Below are positions 9,014 through 17,972 of a stretch of 64,000 nucleotides of DNA, piece after piece. Location: contig DAIPKP010000002.1 in assembly GCA_036769705.1 (NCBI GenBank), positions 7,171-71,170 of the forward strand, in the 5' to 3' direction. The position numbers were made by a program, and so were the translations under genes. Positions within the stretch are counted from its first letter, which is position 1, and the number at the start of each line of letters is the position of its first letter. This stretch comes from Synergistaceae bacterium. GTDB lineage: Bacteria; Synergistota; Synergistia; Synergistales; Aminiphilaceae. The notes beneath the pieces are model-generated. The model saw only the letters and a program-made list of their open reading frames with translations. It was not told the DNA's origin and searched no databases.

Positions 9014-10965
9014 GCAATCCGGAAACACAGAACATTTCCGAAGAATTTCCTTTCGTTTTAGGAACTGCGGGGCACATCGATCACGGAAAAACATCCCTTG
9101 TAAAAGCCATGACGGGGTATGATTGCGATCGCCTCAAGGAAGAAAAAAAACGAGGCATTACTATCGAGCTCGGATTTGCTCCGCTTAACATGCCTGACGG
9201 CACTATCGTCAGCGTAGTGGATGTGCCGGGACATGAGCGTTTTATTCGACAAATGGTTGCTGGAGCCGCAGGAATTCAGGGCGTTCTTTTTGTCGTTGCC
9301 GCAGACGAAGGTGTGATGCCTCAAACCAAAGAGCATTTGGAAATACTTACTCTTCTCGGAATTTCCCATGGTGTGATTGCTCTTACCAAGAAAGACCTAG
9401 TGGATGAGGAAATCCTTGATCTTGCCAAAGAGGATGTACGATCTGCCGTGAGAAACACCTTCCTGGAAAAGGCTCCTTTGATTCCCGTCTCTTCCCATAC
9501 GGGAGAAGGTATACCCGAACTCCTCGAGGAGCTTCTTATAATGGTGCGTCAGGCTCCTTCGAGGTCGCTTCAGGGAATTTTTTTCTATCCCATCGACAGG
9601 ATCTTTCCTAAACAGGGATTCGGCACCGTAGTTACCGGTACTGCCTGGGCGGGTTCGGTCTCCACGGGGGAGGAGCTCCAGGTTCTTCCTGAAGGGGATA
9701 TACTTCGAGTTCGGGGATTGCAGGTACACAACCGGGAAGTTCCCCGGGCGGTGGGAGGGCAGCGTATTGCCATCAATCTTTCGGGAATCAAGGGAGATCT
9801 CCTGGAGCGGGGAGATGTCCTCGCTCCTCCGGAGGTTCTCGTCCCTTCCTCTTGTTGCAATGTGATTCTTCGGGTCTTACCCGCTTCTGAAGAGGGAATA
9901 CGTCACTGGCAGAGAGTGCATGTGCACATGGGAACCTCTGAAACCGTAGGACGAGTGGCTCTTTTCGACCGTAAAGAGATTCCTGCGGGAGATGTGGTGC
10001 CGGCGCAACTTGTATTGGAAAACCCTCAGGCTATTCTGCGAGGTCAGCGTTTTATCCTGCGAAGCTATAGTCCCGTCAGAACCATAGCGGGAGGAGAAGT
10101 TGTTTTGCCTTACGGGAGAAAAGCCCGAGGCCGGAAGGATCGCGAAAAACAACAAACCTTTACGGGAGAGCTTTATAAAAATATGGAATCCCCGGAAAAG
10201 TATTTCCTCCGCTTTTTAGAGGAAGCGGAATCTTTGGAAGAAAGCCAGGGAGTTTCCATTCTTCAAATCCCCAGGGGAGATTTTAGTTTTCTCTTAAAAG
10301 AATTGTGCGGGAAAAAATTAGTCTATGTTTTTGGGGAAAAAAATTGCCTGATAGTAGCTAAGAAATACATGGGAAAAACCGCAGAAGCTATAGAGCGGGA
10401 GCTTTTTGAAAAACTTTCCCGGGAAAAAGGACTGCGTGGAATTCCTTTTGAAAAAATGCTTATACCCCGTTTTGCCACAAAGGACTTGCGAATTTTGCGA
10501 CTTGTGGCGGAAGAGCTTTCTCGGGAAAACGAAGAAGTGGTGTTCCAAGAAGATCTTTTACGGCATAAGCAGTGCATGCAGGATCTCAATCTTCTCTACC
10601 AGGAGAAACTTCCTCTTCTTCTTGATTTCTGTAAACGGAAAGGGATGCAATTTCCCCTGGTGGAAGAGGTGCAAACGGAGCTGGGACTTTCAAACAAAGC
10701 CCTGGAAAATCTTTTGGGAGAAGCCAAGGCCTCCCGGGAAATCGTTCTTATGGGAAGCAACATGGTTCTTTCCAAACTTTTAGAAGAAGAGGCTCTCGCA
10801 ATTCTCGAAGGCTTGCCGGAAGAGATTACGCTTTCTGCTGTGCGGGATAAACTCGGGAGTTCCCGTAAATATGTGCTTCCTCTTCTGGAATATTTCGATA
10901 GCCGGGGGTATACAAGGCGAGTTGGTGATAAACGTATTTTGCGAAAAGGACGACAAAAACCTTAG
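9010..10965 (+). CDS. selB: Selenocysteine-specific elongation factor SelB
   Basis: GTAGHIDHGKTSL, DVPGHERF, TKKDL, EF-Tu-like domains II/III, and a long C-terminal winged-helix extension (651 aa). Confidence 0.9.
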   Translation: MSNPETQNISEEFPFVLGTAGHIDHGKTSLVKAMTGYDCDRLKEEKKRGITIELGFAPLNMPDGTIVSVVDVPGHERFIRQMVAGAAGIQGVLFVVAADEGVMPQTKEHLEILTLLGISHGVIALTKKDLVDEEILDLAKEDVRSAVRNTFLEKAPLIPVSSHTGEGIPELLEELLIMVRQAPSRSLQGIFFYPIDRIFPKQGFGTVVTGTAWAGSVSTGEELQVLPEGDILRVRGLQVHNREVPRAVGGQRIAINLSGIKGDLLERGDVLAPPEVLVPSSCCNVILRVLPASEEGIRHWQRVHVHMGTSETVGRVALFDRKEIPAGDVVPAQLVLENPQAILRGQRFILRSYSPVRTIAGGEVVLPYGRKARGRKDREKQQTFTGELYKNMESPEKYFLRFLEEAESLEESQGVSILQIPRGDFSFLLKELCGKKLVYVFGEKNCLIVAKKYMGKTAEAIERELFEKLSREKGLRGIPFEKMLIPRFATKDLRILRLVAEELSRENEEVVFQEDLLRHKQCMQDLNLLYQEKLPLLLDFCKRKGMQFPLVEEVQTELGLSNKALENLLGEAKASREIVLMGSNMVLSKLLEEEALAILEGLPEEITLSAVRDKLGSSRKYVLPLLEYFDSRGYTRRVGDKRILRKGRQKP

Positions 10966-10981
10966 AAACTGGGAGGGGAAA

Positions 10982-11872
10982 ATGAAGGAATTTTTTATTC
11001 GTTCTCCTTTAAAAATAAACCTTACCTTACGTATTACGGGAAAAAACTCTGATGGATATCATTCACTCGCTTCGGGAGTCTTTAAGTTTTCCGAAGGGGA
11101 TGGAATGCGTTTTTTTGAAAATTCCGTAAAGGATATTCCCTCTTCAGAAGACCAGGTTATTACCCGAAATTATCCTATTGAGGGAAAAAATATTCTTTTA
11201 AGAGCTCTTGAGGTTTTGCGCGAGAGGGAACCTCACCTACCTTTCCAGAAAATAGTTTTGGAAAAAATTATTCCTCCGGGGACCGGGGTAGGGGGGGGGA
11301 GCGGCAACCTCGCAGCCTTTTTGAGGTGGATAAATCTAAGATATGATCTCATTTTACCGCCTCACGAGATTACGGCTCTCGGAGCAGATGTACCCTTTCT
11401 TTTCTCCCCTTATGATTGCGGTTTCCTTACGGGAATCGGAGAAAAAATTGAGCCTATTCACGGAGATATGGAGTATCTGGTGTTTCTTTCTTTTCCTTCC
11501 TGGTCTTCGGATACAAGAAAAGCATATGAAATGTTGGATGAAAGGGAAAGAAAACAGGAGCTTTTCTGGAGCTCCGAGGCTTTTGCCCGGGAAGAGCTTT
11601 TTTCCATTCTCCGCAAGCTTCGCAAGGGAGAAACTTGCGGGCTTTTCCCGAATGATTTTCTGAAAGTTCTTCCGCATCAAGAGGCTTATGAATCTTTTTT
11701 TTCTCTCGCATCATCCCGGGGATCTCTCGGTTGGGGAGTATCCGGAAGCGGAAGCTCCATGTATGCCCTTTTCCCTCGAGAGAAAAAGAATGTCCGGGAT
11801 GTCAGACATTTCTTCGAGGGAGTGGTGGCTTTCCCCTGGATTAGAAAAACCCTTTGTCTGGAGTCGTGGTAA
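10982..11872 (+). CDS. ispE: 4-diphosphocytidyl-2-C-methyl-D-erythritol kinase
   Basis: SPLKINLTLRITGK..DGYH and the GHMP glycine loop PPGTGVGGGSGN. GGGAGGGG lies upstream of ATG 10982. ispE-purR synteny as in Bacillus. Confidence 0.85.
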   Translation: MKEFFIRSPLKINLTLRITGKNSDGYHSLASGVFKFSEGDGMRFFENSVKDIPSSEDQVITRNYPIEGKNILLRALEVLREREPHLPFQKIVLEKIIPPGTGVGGGSGNLAAFLRWINLRYDLILPPHEITALGADVPFLFSPYDCGFLTGIGEKIEPIHGDMEYLVFLSFPSWSSDTRKAYEMLDERERKQELFWSSEAFAREELFSILRKLRKGETCGLFPNDFLKVLPHQEAYESFFSLASSRGSLGWGVSGSGSSMYALFPREKKNVRDVRHFFEGVVAFPWIRKTLCLESW

Positions 11873-11875
11873 TTC

Positions 11876-12715
11876 ATGAAAGCCAAGAGAATGGAACGGA
11901 TCTTACGAATTGCGTCAAAGCTACTTTTGTACCCTTCAAAACAATTTTCCATTACGAAAATGGCAGATTTCTTTGAAGTCTCAAAAACTGTTATTAGTGA
12001 AGATATTTCTCTTCTTGCTCAGGCGGTTAAACAGGAAGAGTATGGTGTGATAGAAGTGGGGCGGGGCAGAAGCGGAGGTGCTTTTTTTCAGCCCTATTTA
12101 GAGAATGAAAAACAGGAGCAATGGCTCAACGAAATTTCTGCTCTTTTGAAAGAGCCTGATAGAATTCTTCCAGGAGGCATTCTTTATTACAGCGACATCA
12201 TTTTCAATCCTTTTTACTGTTTCAGGTTGGGATACATTCTTGCCACCCTTTTTGCATCGAAATCGGTAGACGCCGTAATGACAAGCGAAGTGAAGGGAAT
12301 ACCTCTGGGCATGTTTACCGCCCATGCTTTAGGAGTTCCCGTAATGCTTTGCCGTTTCCGGAATCGACCAAGTGACGGTTCTGCCATCGCAGTACATTAT
12401 CCTTCCATGGGAGGTGATGTGCGAACCATGTACATGGGTGTGCGGCAGTTAGGAGAGCGGAAAAAAGTGCTTATTATCGATGATTTCATGCGCGGGGGGA
12501 GCACTGTTTCCGGCATGCTTCAGGTGGCCAGGGAATCCAATCTCGAAGTCGCCGGCGTAGGTGTTTTTCTTGCTTCTGCAAAGCCTTCGATAAAGCCGAT
12601 ATCGTTCCCTTCTTTTCACGCACTCCTCGAGGTGGATGTGGAAAAAGGGAACGAAACAAGGGTTTCTGTCGTTGCGGATAAGCCATACGATTCTTTTTCT
12701 TCCGAGAAAAAGTGA
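11876..12715 (+). CDS. purR: Pur operon repressor PurR (HTH plus phosphoribosyltransferase-like domain)
   Basis: N-terminus RMERILRIASKLLLYPSKQFSITKMADFFEVSKTVISEDI and the PRT motif VLIIDDFMRGGSTVSG. Confidence 0.85.
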   Translation: MKAKRMERILRIASKLLLYPSKQFSITKMADFFEVSKTVISEDISLLAQAVKQEEYGVIEVGRGRSGGAFFQPYLENEKQEQWLNEISALLKEPDRILPGGILYYSDIIFNPFYCFRLGYILATLFASKSVDAVMTSEVKGIPLGMFTAHALGVPVMLCRFRNRPSDGSAIAVHYPSMGGDVRTMYMGVRQLGERKKVLIIDDFMRGGSTVSGMLQVARESNLEVAGVGVFLASAKPSIKPISFPSFHALLEVDVEKGNETRVSVVADKPYDSFSSEKK

Positions 12716-12723
12716 GGAAATAT

Positions 12724-12752
12724 TTGACGCTTTTGTGTTTCTGGACTAAAAT
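12724..12752 (+). promoter_or_regulatory. Sigma-70-type promoter for the ferredoxin gene
   Basis: TTGACG (12724-12729), 17-nt spacer, TAAAAT (12747-12752). GGGAGGAGG SD is at 12761-12769. Confidence 0.6.
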
Positions 12753-12779
12753 CTGCCAACGGGAGGAGGTGGCTGCTTT

Positions 12780-12962
12780 ATGACCGTAAGTATCAACACA
12801 GAAGAATGCATTGGATGTGGTGTATGTGTACAGATTTGCCCGGCGGTATTCGAGCTTGATGAATCTGCGGGTAAAGCAAGAGTAATCAGCGACGCCCCGG
12901 AAGAGGATTGTATTAAAGAAGCAGCAGAGAGTTGCCCTGTAGGGTGTATTAGTATAAAATAG
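12780..12962 (+). CDS. Small [4Fe-4S] ferredoxin
   Basis: 60 aa. CIGCGVCVQICP plus a distal ESCPVGC, typical of mono-cluster ferredoxins. Confidence 0.85.
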   Translation: MTVSINTEECIGCGVCVQICPAVFELDESAGKARVISDAPEEDCIKEAAESCPVGCISIK

Positions 12963-12995
12963 GTTCTCGTGATTTCTTGGCACATTATCTTAGGC

Positions 12996-13072
12996 GGGCC
13001 CATAGCTCAATTGGTCAGAGCCACCGGCTCATAACCGGAAGGTTCCTGGTTCGAGTCCAGGTGGGCCCACCA
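12996..13072 (+). tRNA. tRNA with anticodon CAT (elongator tRNA-Met, or tRNA-Ile2 if lysidine-modified)
   Basis: Acceptor GGGCCCA/TGGGCCC, D stem GCTC/GAGC, anticodon loop CTCATAA, T arm CCTGG-TTCGAGT-CCAGG, and ACCA end. The G1-C72 pair and the lack of a GGG/CCC anticodon stem argue against an initiator. Confidence 0.9.
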
Positions 13073-13083
13073 CCTGAAAAGAC

Positions 13084-13110
13084 AGCCACCTGTATATGGT
13101 GGCTTTTTTG
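13084..13110 (+). terminator. Intrinsic terminator after the tRNA
   Basis: AGCCACC (13084-13090), loop TGTATAT, GGTGGCT (13098-13104), then TTTTTTGTTTTT. Confidence 0.75.
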
Positions 13111-13137
13111 TTTTTGCCGTATCAGGAGGGAGTTGCC

Positions 13138-13950
13138 ATGCATACAGTAGGAGAATTCCTTGGATATATAGAAAAAGAAGCTCCTTTTTCCCTGGAAGAA
13201 AATTGGGATAACGTGGGGCTTCTCGTGGGAGATGCGCAGCAGAAGATCTCCGGAGTGGCAGTTGCACTCAATGCCCTACCTTCCACCGTGGCTTCCGCAG
13301 TTTCTCGGAAGTGTTCGCTTCTTATCACGCACCACCCACCTTTTTTTACAATTAACCGTGTTTGTATGGCAACTCCGGAAGGCGAGGCCATTAAAATGGC
13401 TTTATGTAACGACCTTGCAATTATTTCCCTGCATACAAATCTGGATAGATCTTCCCAGGGAATAAACGTGTTTTTGGGAAAGCTTCTCGGATTGCGGGAT
13501 AGTTTTCCTCTTGTTCCAGGGGGAACTGATTTTTCCTCGGGAGATGGCCTTTGCGGTTTTCTCCCGGCACCTGCCGATATCCGAAGCCTGGGGAAAAAAC
13601 TCCGACAGTATTGGGAGCTTTCTTGGGCTATGGGTTATCTCGCTCCGGAAAAACCCACAGAATGCGTTTTTTCCCGGATTGCTATTTTGGGGGGATCCGG
13701 GAGTTCTTTCTGGAAAAATGCCCTTGATGAAGAAGCGGAACTTTTTATTACTGGAGATATGAAATACCATGATCGGCTGGAAGCTCTTCAAAAAGGACTT
13801 TCTCTTATCGAGGTGGACCACGGAGAAATGGAACAAGCTGCATTGTTTGCCATAGCCCGGAATTGGGAAGCTTTTTTTGGTAAAGAGGTTTCTTTTTCGT
13901 ATATTCCGTTCCAATCCTGGGAGAAACCTGCTATGCTTCTAAGCGAGTAA
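13138..13950 (+). CDS. Nif3-family dinuclear metal centre protein
   Basis: NWDNVGLLVGD, LLITHHPPFF, LHTNLD and VDHGEME. AGGAGGGA lies upstream of ATG 13138. The ORF-track start 13096 sits inside the terminator. Confidence 0.8.
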   Translation: MHTVGEFLGYIEKEAPFSLEENWDNVGLLVGDAQQKISGVAVALNALPSTVASAVSRKCSLLITHHPPFFTINRVCMATPEGEAIKMALCNDLAIISLHTNLDRSSQGINVFLGKLLGLRDSFPLVPGGTDFSSGDGLCGFLPAPADIRSLGKKLRQYWELSWAMGYLAPEKPTECVFSRIAILGGSGSSFWKNALDEEAELFITGDMKYHDRLEALQKGLSLIEVDHGEMEQAALFAIARNWEAFFGKEVSFSYIPFQSWEKPAMLLSE

Positions 13951-14031
13951 AAACAAAGAGGAATATATTTTGTTTGCAGATATATGCTGCAAACAGGTGT
14001 TTTAGTAGATTGAAAAGGAGTGTGTCTTCGT

Positions 14032-15036
14032 ATGCCACGAGTTTTCAGCGGAATGAGGCCCACGGGAAAGCTTCATTTGGGGCATCTTGCAGGGGCTCTT
14101 TATAATTGGAGAACTTTGCAGGAAAATCAGGAAAATGAGTGCTTTTATTCCATTGTTGATTGGCACGCACTGATGACCGATTACGCGGATCCCGCTATGG
14201 TAAAGCAAAATTGTATTGAAGTTTTTCTTGATTGGCTCGGAGCGGGAATGGATCCTGAAAAAAGTGTGATATTTCTTCAGTCCCATGTCCCGGAACATGC
14301 GGAGCTGCACTTGGCCTTTTCCATGATTACTCCTCTGGGTTGGCTGGAAAGAAATCCCACGTACAAAGAACAGAAACAAAATATAAACTACAAAGATCTT
14401 AATAACTATGCTTTTTTGGGATATCCCGTTCTTCAGGCGGCGGATATTCTTATCTATAAAGGAGAAAAAGTCCCCGTCGGAGAAGATCAATCGGCCCACC
14501 TGGAGCTCTCCCGGGAAATTGCACGAAGGTTCAACAATTTCTATGGCTCCGTTTTCCCTGAACCTGAAACCATCCTTACTCCCACACCTAAGGTGCCCGG
14601 AACCGATGGCAGGAAAATGAGCAAATCTTATGGAAACAGTATCAATATTTCGGATGAGCCTAAGGTGTTATGGGAAAAACTCCGAACCATGAAAACGGAT
14701 CCTGCGCGTATGCGTAAAACCGATCCCGGGGATCCTGCGAAATGTCCCGTGTGGGATATTCATATGGTTTTCAACAAGAATGAAGCGGAAAGAGCGGAGC
14801 TCGATCAGGGCTGTAGAACCGCAGGAATCGGCTGTATTGAATGCAAAAAGAAACTCAATGCGCATATTCTCGAAGTTCTTGAACCTATACAGGAACGACG
14901 TTCCCATTTCGCGGAAAATCCTGGGGAACTCGAGGATCTGCTGCTCTTGGGAGCAACGAAGGCACGGAAGGTGGCTTCACAAACCATGGAGGAGGTTGTT
15001 TCTTCCATGGGGCTTATCCGGAGGGTGCTTCGGTAA
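14032..15036 (+). CDS. trpS: Tryptophan--tRNA ligase
   Basis: RVFSGMRPTGKLHLGHLAG (HIGH-type) and KMSKS (RKMSKSYGN). AAGGAG lies upstream of ATG 14032. Confidence 0.92.
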   Translation: MPRVFSGMRPTGKLHLGHLAGALYNWRTLQENQENECFYSIVDWHALMTDYADPAMVKQNCIEVFLDWLGAGMDPEKSVIFLQSHVPEHAELHLAFSMITPLGWLERNPTYKEQKQNINYKDLNNYAFLGYPVLQAADILIYKGEKVPVGEDQSAHLELSREIARRFNNFYGSVFPEPETILTPTPKVPGTDGRKMSKSYGNSINISDEPKVLWEKLRTMKTDPARMRKTDPGDPAKCPVWDIHMVFNKNEAERAELDQGCRTAGIGCIECKKKLNAHILEVLEPIQERRSHFAENPGELEDLLLLGATKARKVASQTMEEVVSSMGLIRRVLR

Positions 15037-15042
15037 TTCTTC

Positions 15043-15783
15043 ATGTTTGAAATTGAAACTGAAGGTTTTTCCGGCCCCCTGGATCTTCTTTGTGAACTGA
15101 TAGAATCGGGAAGCCTTGATTTTGCTCAAATACGCCTTTCGGAAATCGTGTTTCTCTACACGACCTATCTTCGCAAGAAAGAAGAGCTCCCTTTAAATGA
15201 GATTCTGCATTTCCTCTCGCTTACTTCGCGGCTTTTGCACGGAAAGGCGTTTTCCCTCTTTCCTTCGCCGAAAAACGAGGATCTCTGGAGCGAAGATGAA
15301 GAGGAATTCCCTGTAGAGCGAGTTGTGGGGCTTTATAAACCTTATAGAAAAGCTGCGGCTTGTCTGGAGGAATTGCTTGCGGAACGGCAGCGTTGTTTCC
15401 CCAGGATTTCTCATGAGGGAGCTCTTTTCTTCGATGCGGGAGATCTTTATATGCTGGGCATGATCTGGTGGGGTCTCCTGGAAGAATATCAAAAAAGAAA
15501 GAAAGATCTTTCCGAAGAGTTTCCAGGGGATGATCCCGAAGATTTTTGGCAGGGAGTTCCAACAGCGATTCCCGAGGAAGGTCAAGTGGAATCCCGCATG
15601 GAGGAACTCCGGAGGCTTCTTGAAAAAGAACGCTCTCTTTCTTTTCAAGACCTTTTGGGAGATCGCACCTCAAAAGCTTTTGTGGTGCTTACCCTTTTGG
15701 CCCTTCTGGAAATGTGCCGCAAGGAAGAAGTTTTGATAATCCAAAAAGAAGTGTTTGGGAATATCCATGTGTCGTCAGCATAA
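15043..15783 (+). CDS. scpA: Segregation and condensation protein A
   Basis: N-terminus FSGPLDLLCELIESGSLDFAQIRLSEI and a C-terminal winged-helix LTLLALLEM. It is followed by scpB. Confidence 0.8.
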   Translation: MFEIETEGFSGPLDLLCELIESGSLDFAQIRLSEIVFLYTTYLRKKEELPLNEILHFLSLTSRLLHGKAFSLFPSPKNEDLWSEDEEEFPVERVVGLYKPYRKAAACLEELLAERQRCFPRISHEGALFFDAGDLYMLGMIWWGLLEEYQKRKKDLSEEFPGDDPEDFWQGVPTAIPEEGQVESRMEELRRLLEKERSLSFQDLLGDRTSKAFVVLTLLALLEMCRKEEVLIIQKEVFGNIHVSSA

Positions 15784-16309
15784 TTCCTTGAATCCTGGCC
15801 TGGCCGTTTTAGAAGCCTTGCTTTTTTCTTCTCCCGAGCCTCTTGCGGAAGAGAGAATAGCTCTCTTGATGGAAGAAAATAACGCCACGATAGGAAAACT
15901 TCTTCGAGAACTCCAAAAGCATTACCAGCAGGAACACGGTCTTCGTGTCGTAAGGCTTGCGGGGGGGTGGCAAGTAGTTACCGCTCCGGAACATCACGAT
16001 ATCGTGGAAAAACTGAGAAGCCAGGCGGGAGAAGAAAAACTTCGCATTAGCAAAGCTGCCCTGGAAACTCTTGCAGTAATTGCTTATAACCAACCTGTAA
16101 CGCGAAGCGAAATCGAAGAGATCAGAAATGTCCGTTGCGATCGTGTGGTGGATACCCTTTTGCGTTTTGGCCTCGTACGCATTGCGGGCAGGAGAAAGGG
16201 AACGGGGAACCCCTTTCTTTACAGAACCACGGATTTTTTCCTCGAAATTTTCGGTATAAACTCTATTACAGACCTTCCCACTCTTGAAGAGCTTCAGGAA
16301 GAGGAGTAG
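15767..16309 (+). CDS. scpB: Segregation and condensation protein B
   Basis: LEALLFSSPEPL, GGWQVVT, LETLAVIAYNQPVTRSEIEEIRNV and GRRKGTGNPFLYRTT. Confidence 0.85.
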   Translation: MCRQHNSLNPGLAVLEALLFSSPEPLAEERIALLMEENNATIGKLLRELQKHYQQEHGLRVVRLAGGWQVVTAPEHHDIVEKLRSQAGEEKLRISKAALETLAVIAYNQPVTRSEIEEIRNVRCDRVVDTLLRFGLVRIAGRRKGTGNPFLYRTTDFFLEIFGINSITDLPTLEELQEEE

Positions 16310-16318
16310 AAACGAAAC

Positions 16319-17056
16319 ATGTCTTTAAAGGAAAAAATACGGTTGAACAAATTTCTTGCCTCTTGCGGGCTCGGTTCCCGGCGAGCCGTGGAGAGTCTTG
16401 TGGAGGAAGAGCTGGTCTCAGTGAATGGGGAAATTGCCTCCTTTCCGGGGGTGCTCGTATCTTCAGAGGATGAAGTCTTCTTGCGAGGGGAGCGGGTTTT
16501 TCCGAGAAAAACTCTGTATGTGGTTTTTAACAAGCCCGAGGGGTACGTGTGTTCCTTATCTGATCCTCATAATGTTACAATATACGACATACTCCCGGAG
16601 TTTTATCGTTCCAAAGCCCGCCTTTTTTCGATAGGGCGTCTCGATAAAAACAGTCAGGGGCTTTTGTTGCTTACCAATGACGGCGATTTTTCTCAAGCTG
16701 TGGGGCATCCGAGCCAAGGAGTCGGCAAAACGTATGAGGTTCTTCTGCGCCATCCTTTGGGGCAAAAGGATTTTCTTTCCTGGAAAGACGGTGTGTTTTT
16801 GGAAGGGAAAAAACGAAGGCCTTTTCTTTTGGAATATCTTTCCAAAAAACCTGATGATTGCTGGATACGCCTGATCCTGCGAGAAGGATTGAAACGTGAA
16901 ATCCGTTTGATGGCAAGGTATTATGGAAATGAGGTTCTTTTTTTGAGGAGAACGGCTTTCGGAAAATTGCGCCTGGAAAATTTACCCCCCGGGAAATACC
17001 GAACGTTTTCGAAAGAGCAGCTATGGTGTATGATACACCATGGGGGTTCGGTCTAG
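16319..17056 (+). CDS. rluB: RsuA/RluB-family pseudouridine synthase (S4 domain plus catalytic domain)
   Basis: S4 domain RLNKFLASCGLGSRRAVESLV, and the catalytic motif GRLDKNSQGLLLLTNDG. Confidence 0.85.
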   Translation: MSLKEKIRLNKFLASCGLGSRRAVESLVEEELVSVNGEIASFPGVLVSSEDEVFLRGERVFPRKTLYVVFNKPEGYVCSLSDPHNVTIYDILPEFYRSKARLFSIGRLDKNSQGLLLLTNDGDFSQAVGHPSQGVGKTYEVLLRHPLGQKDFLSWKDGVFLEGKKRRPFLLEYLSKKPDDCWIRLILREGLKREIRLMARYYGNEVLFLRRTAFGKLRLENLPPGKYRTFSKEQLWCMIHHGGSV

Positions 17057-17083
17057 ACTGGAATCCATGCGGGAGGTCGTACC

Positions 17084-17968
17084 ATGCAGGGAATTGATGA
17101 TCGAACAAAGGATCTGATACAAAAACGTGTTCTTAAAAGGGTAAAGGAAATCCCTTCTCTACCACAGTTTGTGATTGATACGTTAAAAGTTTTGGATAAT
17201 CCTGAAAGCAGCGCGGGCGATGTGGCACAAAAGCTCTCGCGTGATGAAGGTCTTGTGGTACGGATCTTGCGCTTGGCAAATTCCGCTTACTATGGTTTTT
17301 CCAGGAGAATTACCAGTGTTACCGAAGCTATTGCTCTCCTTGGTTTTCGGGCAGTAAAAAGCATTGTGCTTTCTGCTTCGGTTTACAAATTCATGGAGGG
17401 ATCTTTCACCGGATATGCCCTTGATAGAGGGCAATTATGGGTTCATTCTTTGGGAGTAGCTTATGTTTCCAAGCACCTTTCTCAAAAGTTTGGAGCTGAC
17501 CCTGAAGAGGCTTATGTAGCAGGTATTCTTCACGATCTTGGCAAGATTGTACTTAACGATTTCGTGCGTTTTGGTTATAGCATTATCGTTCGCCTCGTAG
17601 AAGAAGGTGGCGTTACCTTTGTAGATGCCGAAAGAGACGTGCTTGGGTTTGACCATGCTCAAGTAGCGAGTATGATCATCGAGCAATGGAATCTTCCTGA
17701 ATCGTATCAGTATGTTGCCCGTTATCATCATGAACCGGACGCTTTTGAGACTAAGGATCGGCATTTGAGGAAAATTGTAGATGTGGTTCACGTGGCCAAT
17801 TCCATTTGCCTGATGCTTGGCCTTGGCCTTGGTGCAGATGGTTTGCAAAGCAACATCTCCCCAGGGGCTCTTGAACGTTTGGGAATTACCGATTTCGAAA
17901 CGCTTCTTTCCGAATCGGTAGATCTCATTACTCAGGTGGAAGAGGAATTTCACCTGGAAAAGGTGTAG
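17084..17968 (+). CDS. HDOD domain-containing signalling protein
   Basis: LPSLPQFVIDTLKVLDNPESS, VVRILRLANSAYYG, AIALLGF and GILHDLGK fit the HDOD (HD-related output domain) pattern. Confidence 0.75.
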   Translation: MQGIDDRTKDLIQKRVLKRVKEIPSLPQFVIDTLKVLDNPESSAGDVAQKLSRDEGLVVRILRLANSAYYGFSRRITSVTEAIALLGFRAVKSIVLSASVYKFMEGSFTGYALDRGQLWVHSLGVAYVSKHLSQKFGADPEEAYVAGILHDLGKIVLNDFVRFGYSIIVRLVEEGGVTFVDAERDVLGFDHAQVASMIIEQWNLPESYQYVARYHHEPDAFETKDRHLRKIVDVVHVANSICLMLGLGLGADGLQSNISPGALERLGITDFETLLSESVDLITQVEEEFHLEKV

Positions 17969-17972
17969 TTTT

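Noticed and set aside
13007-13267. 86-aa minus-strand ORF
   Set aside because: It overlaps the tRNA(CAT) gene, its terminator and the Nif3 start. It is spurious.
13951-14031. Possible T-box leader upstream of trpS
   Set aside because: Only 81 nt are available. I could find no specifier-loop/antiterminator arrangement or T-box consensus. The region is too short for a T-box riboswitch.
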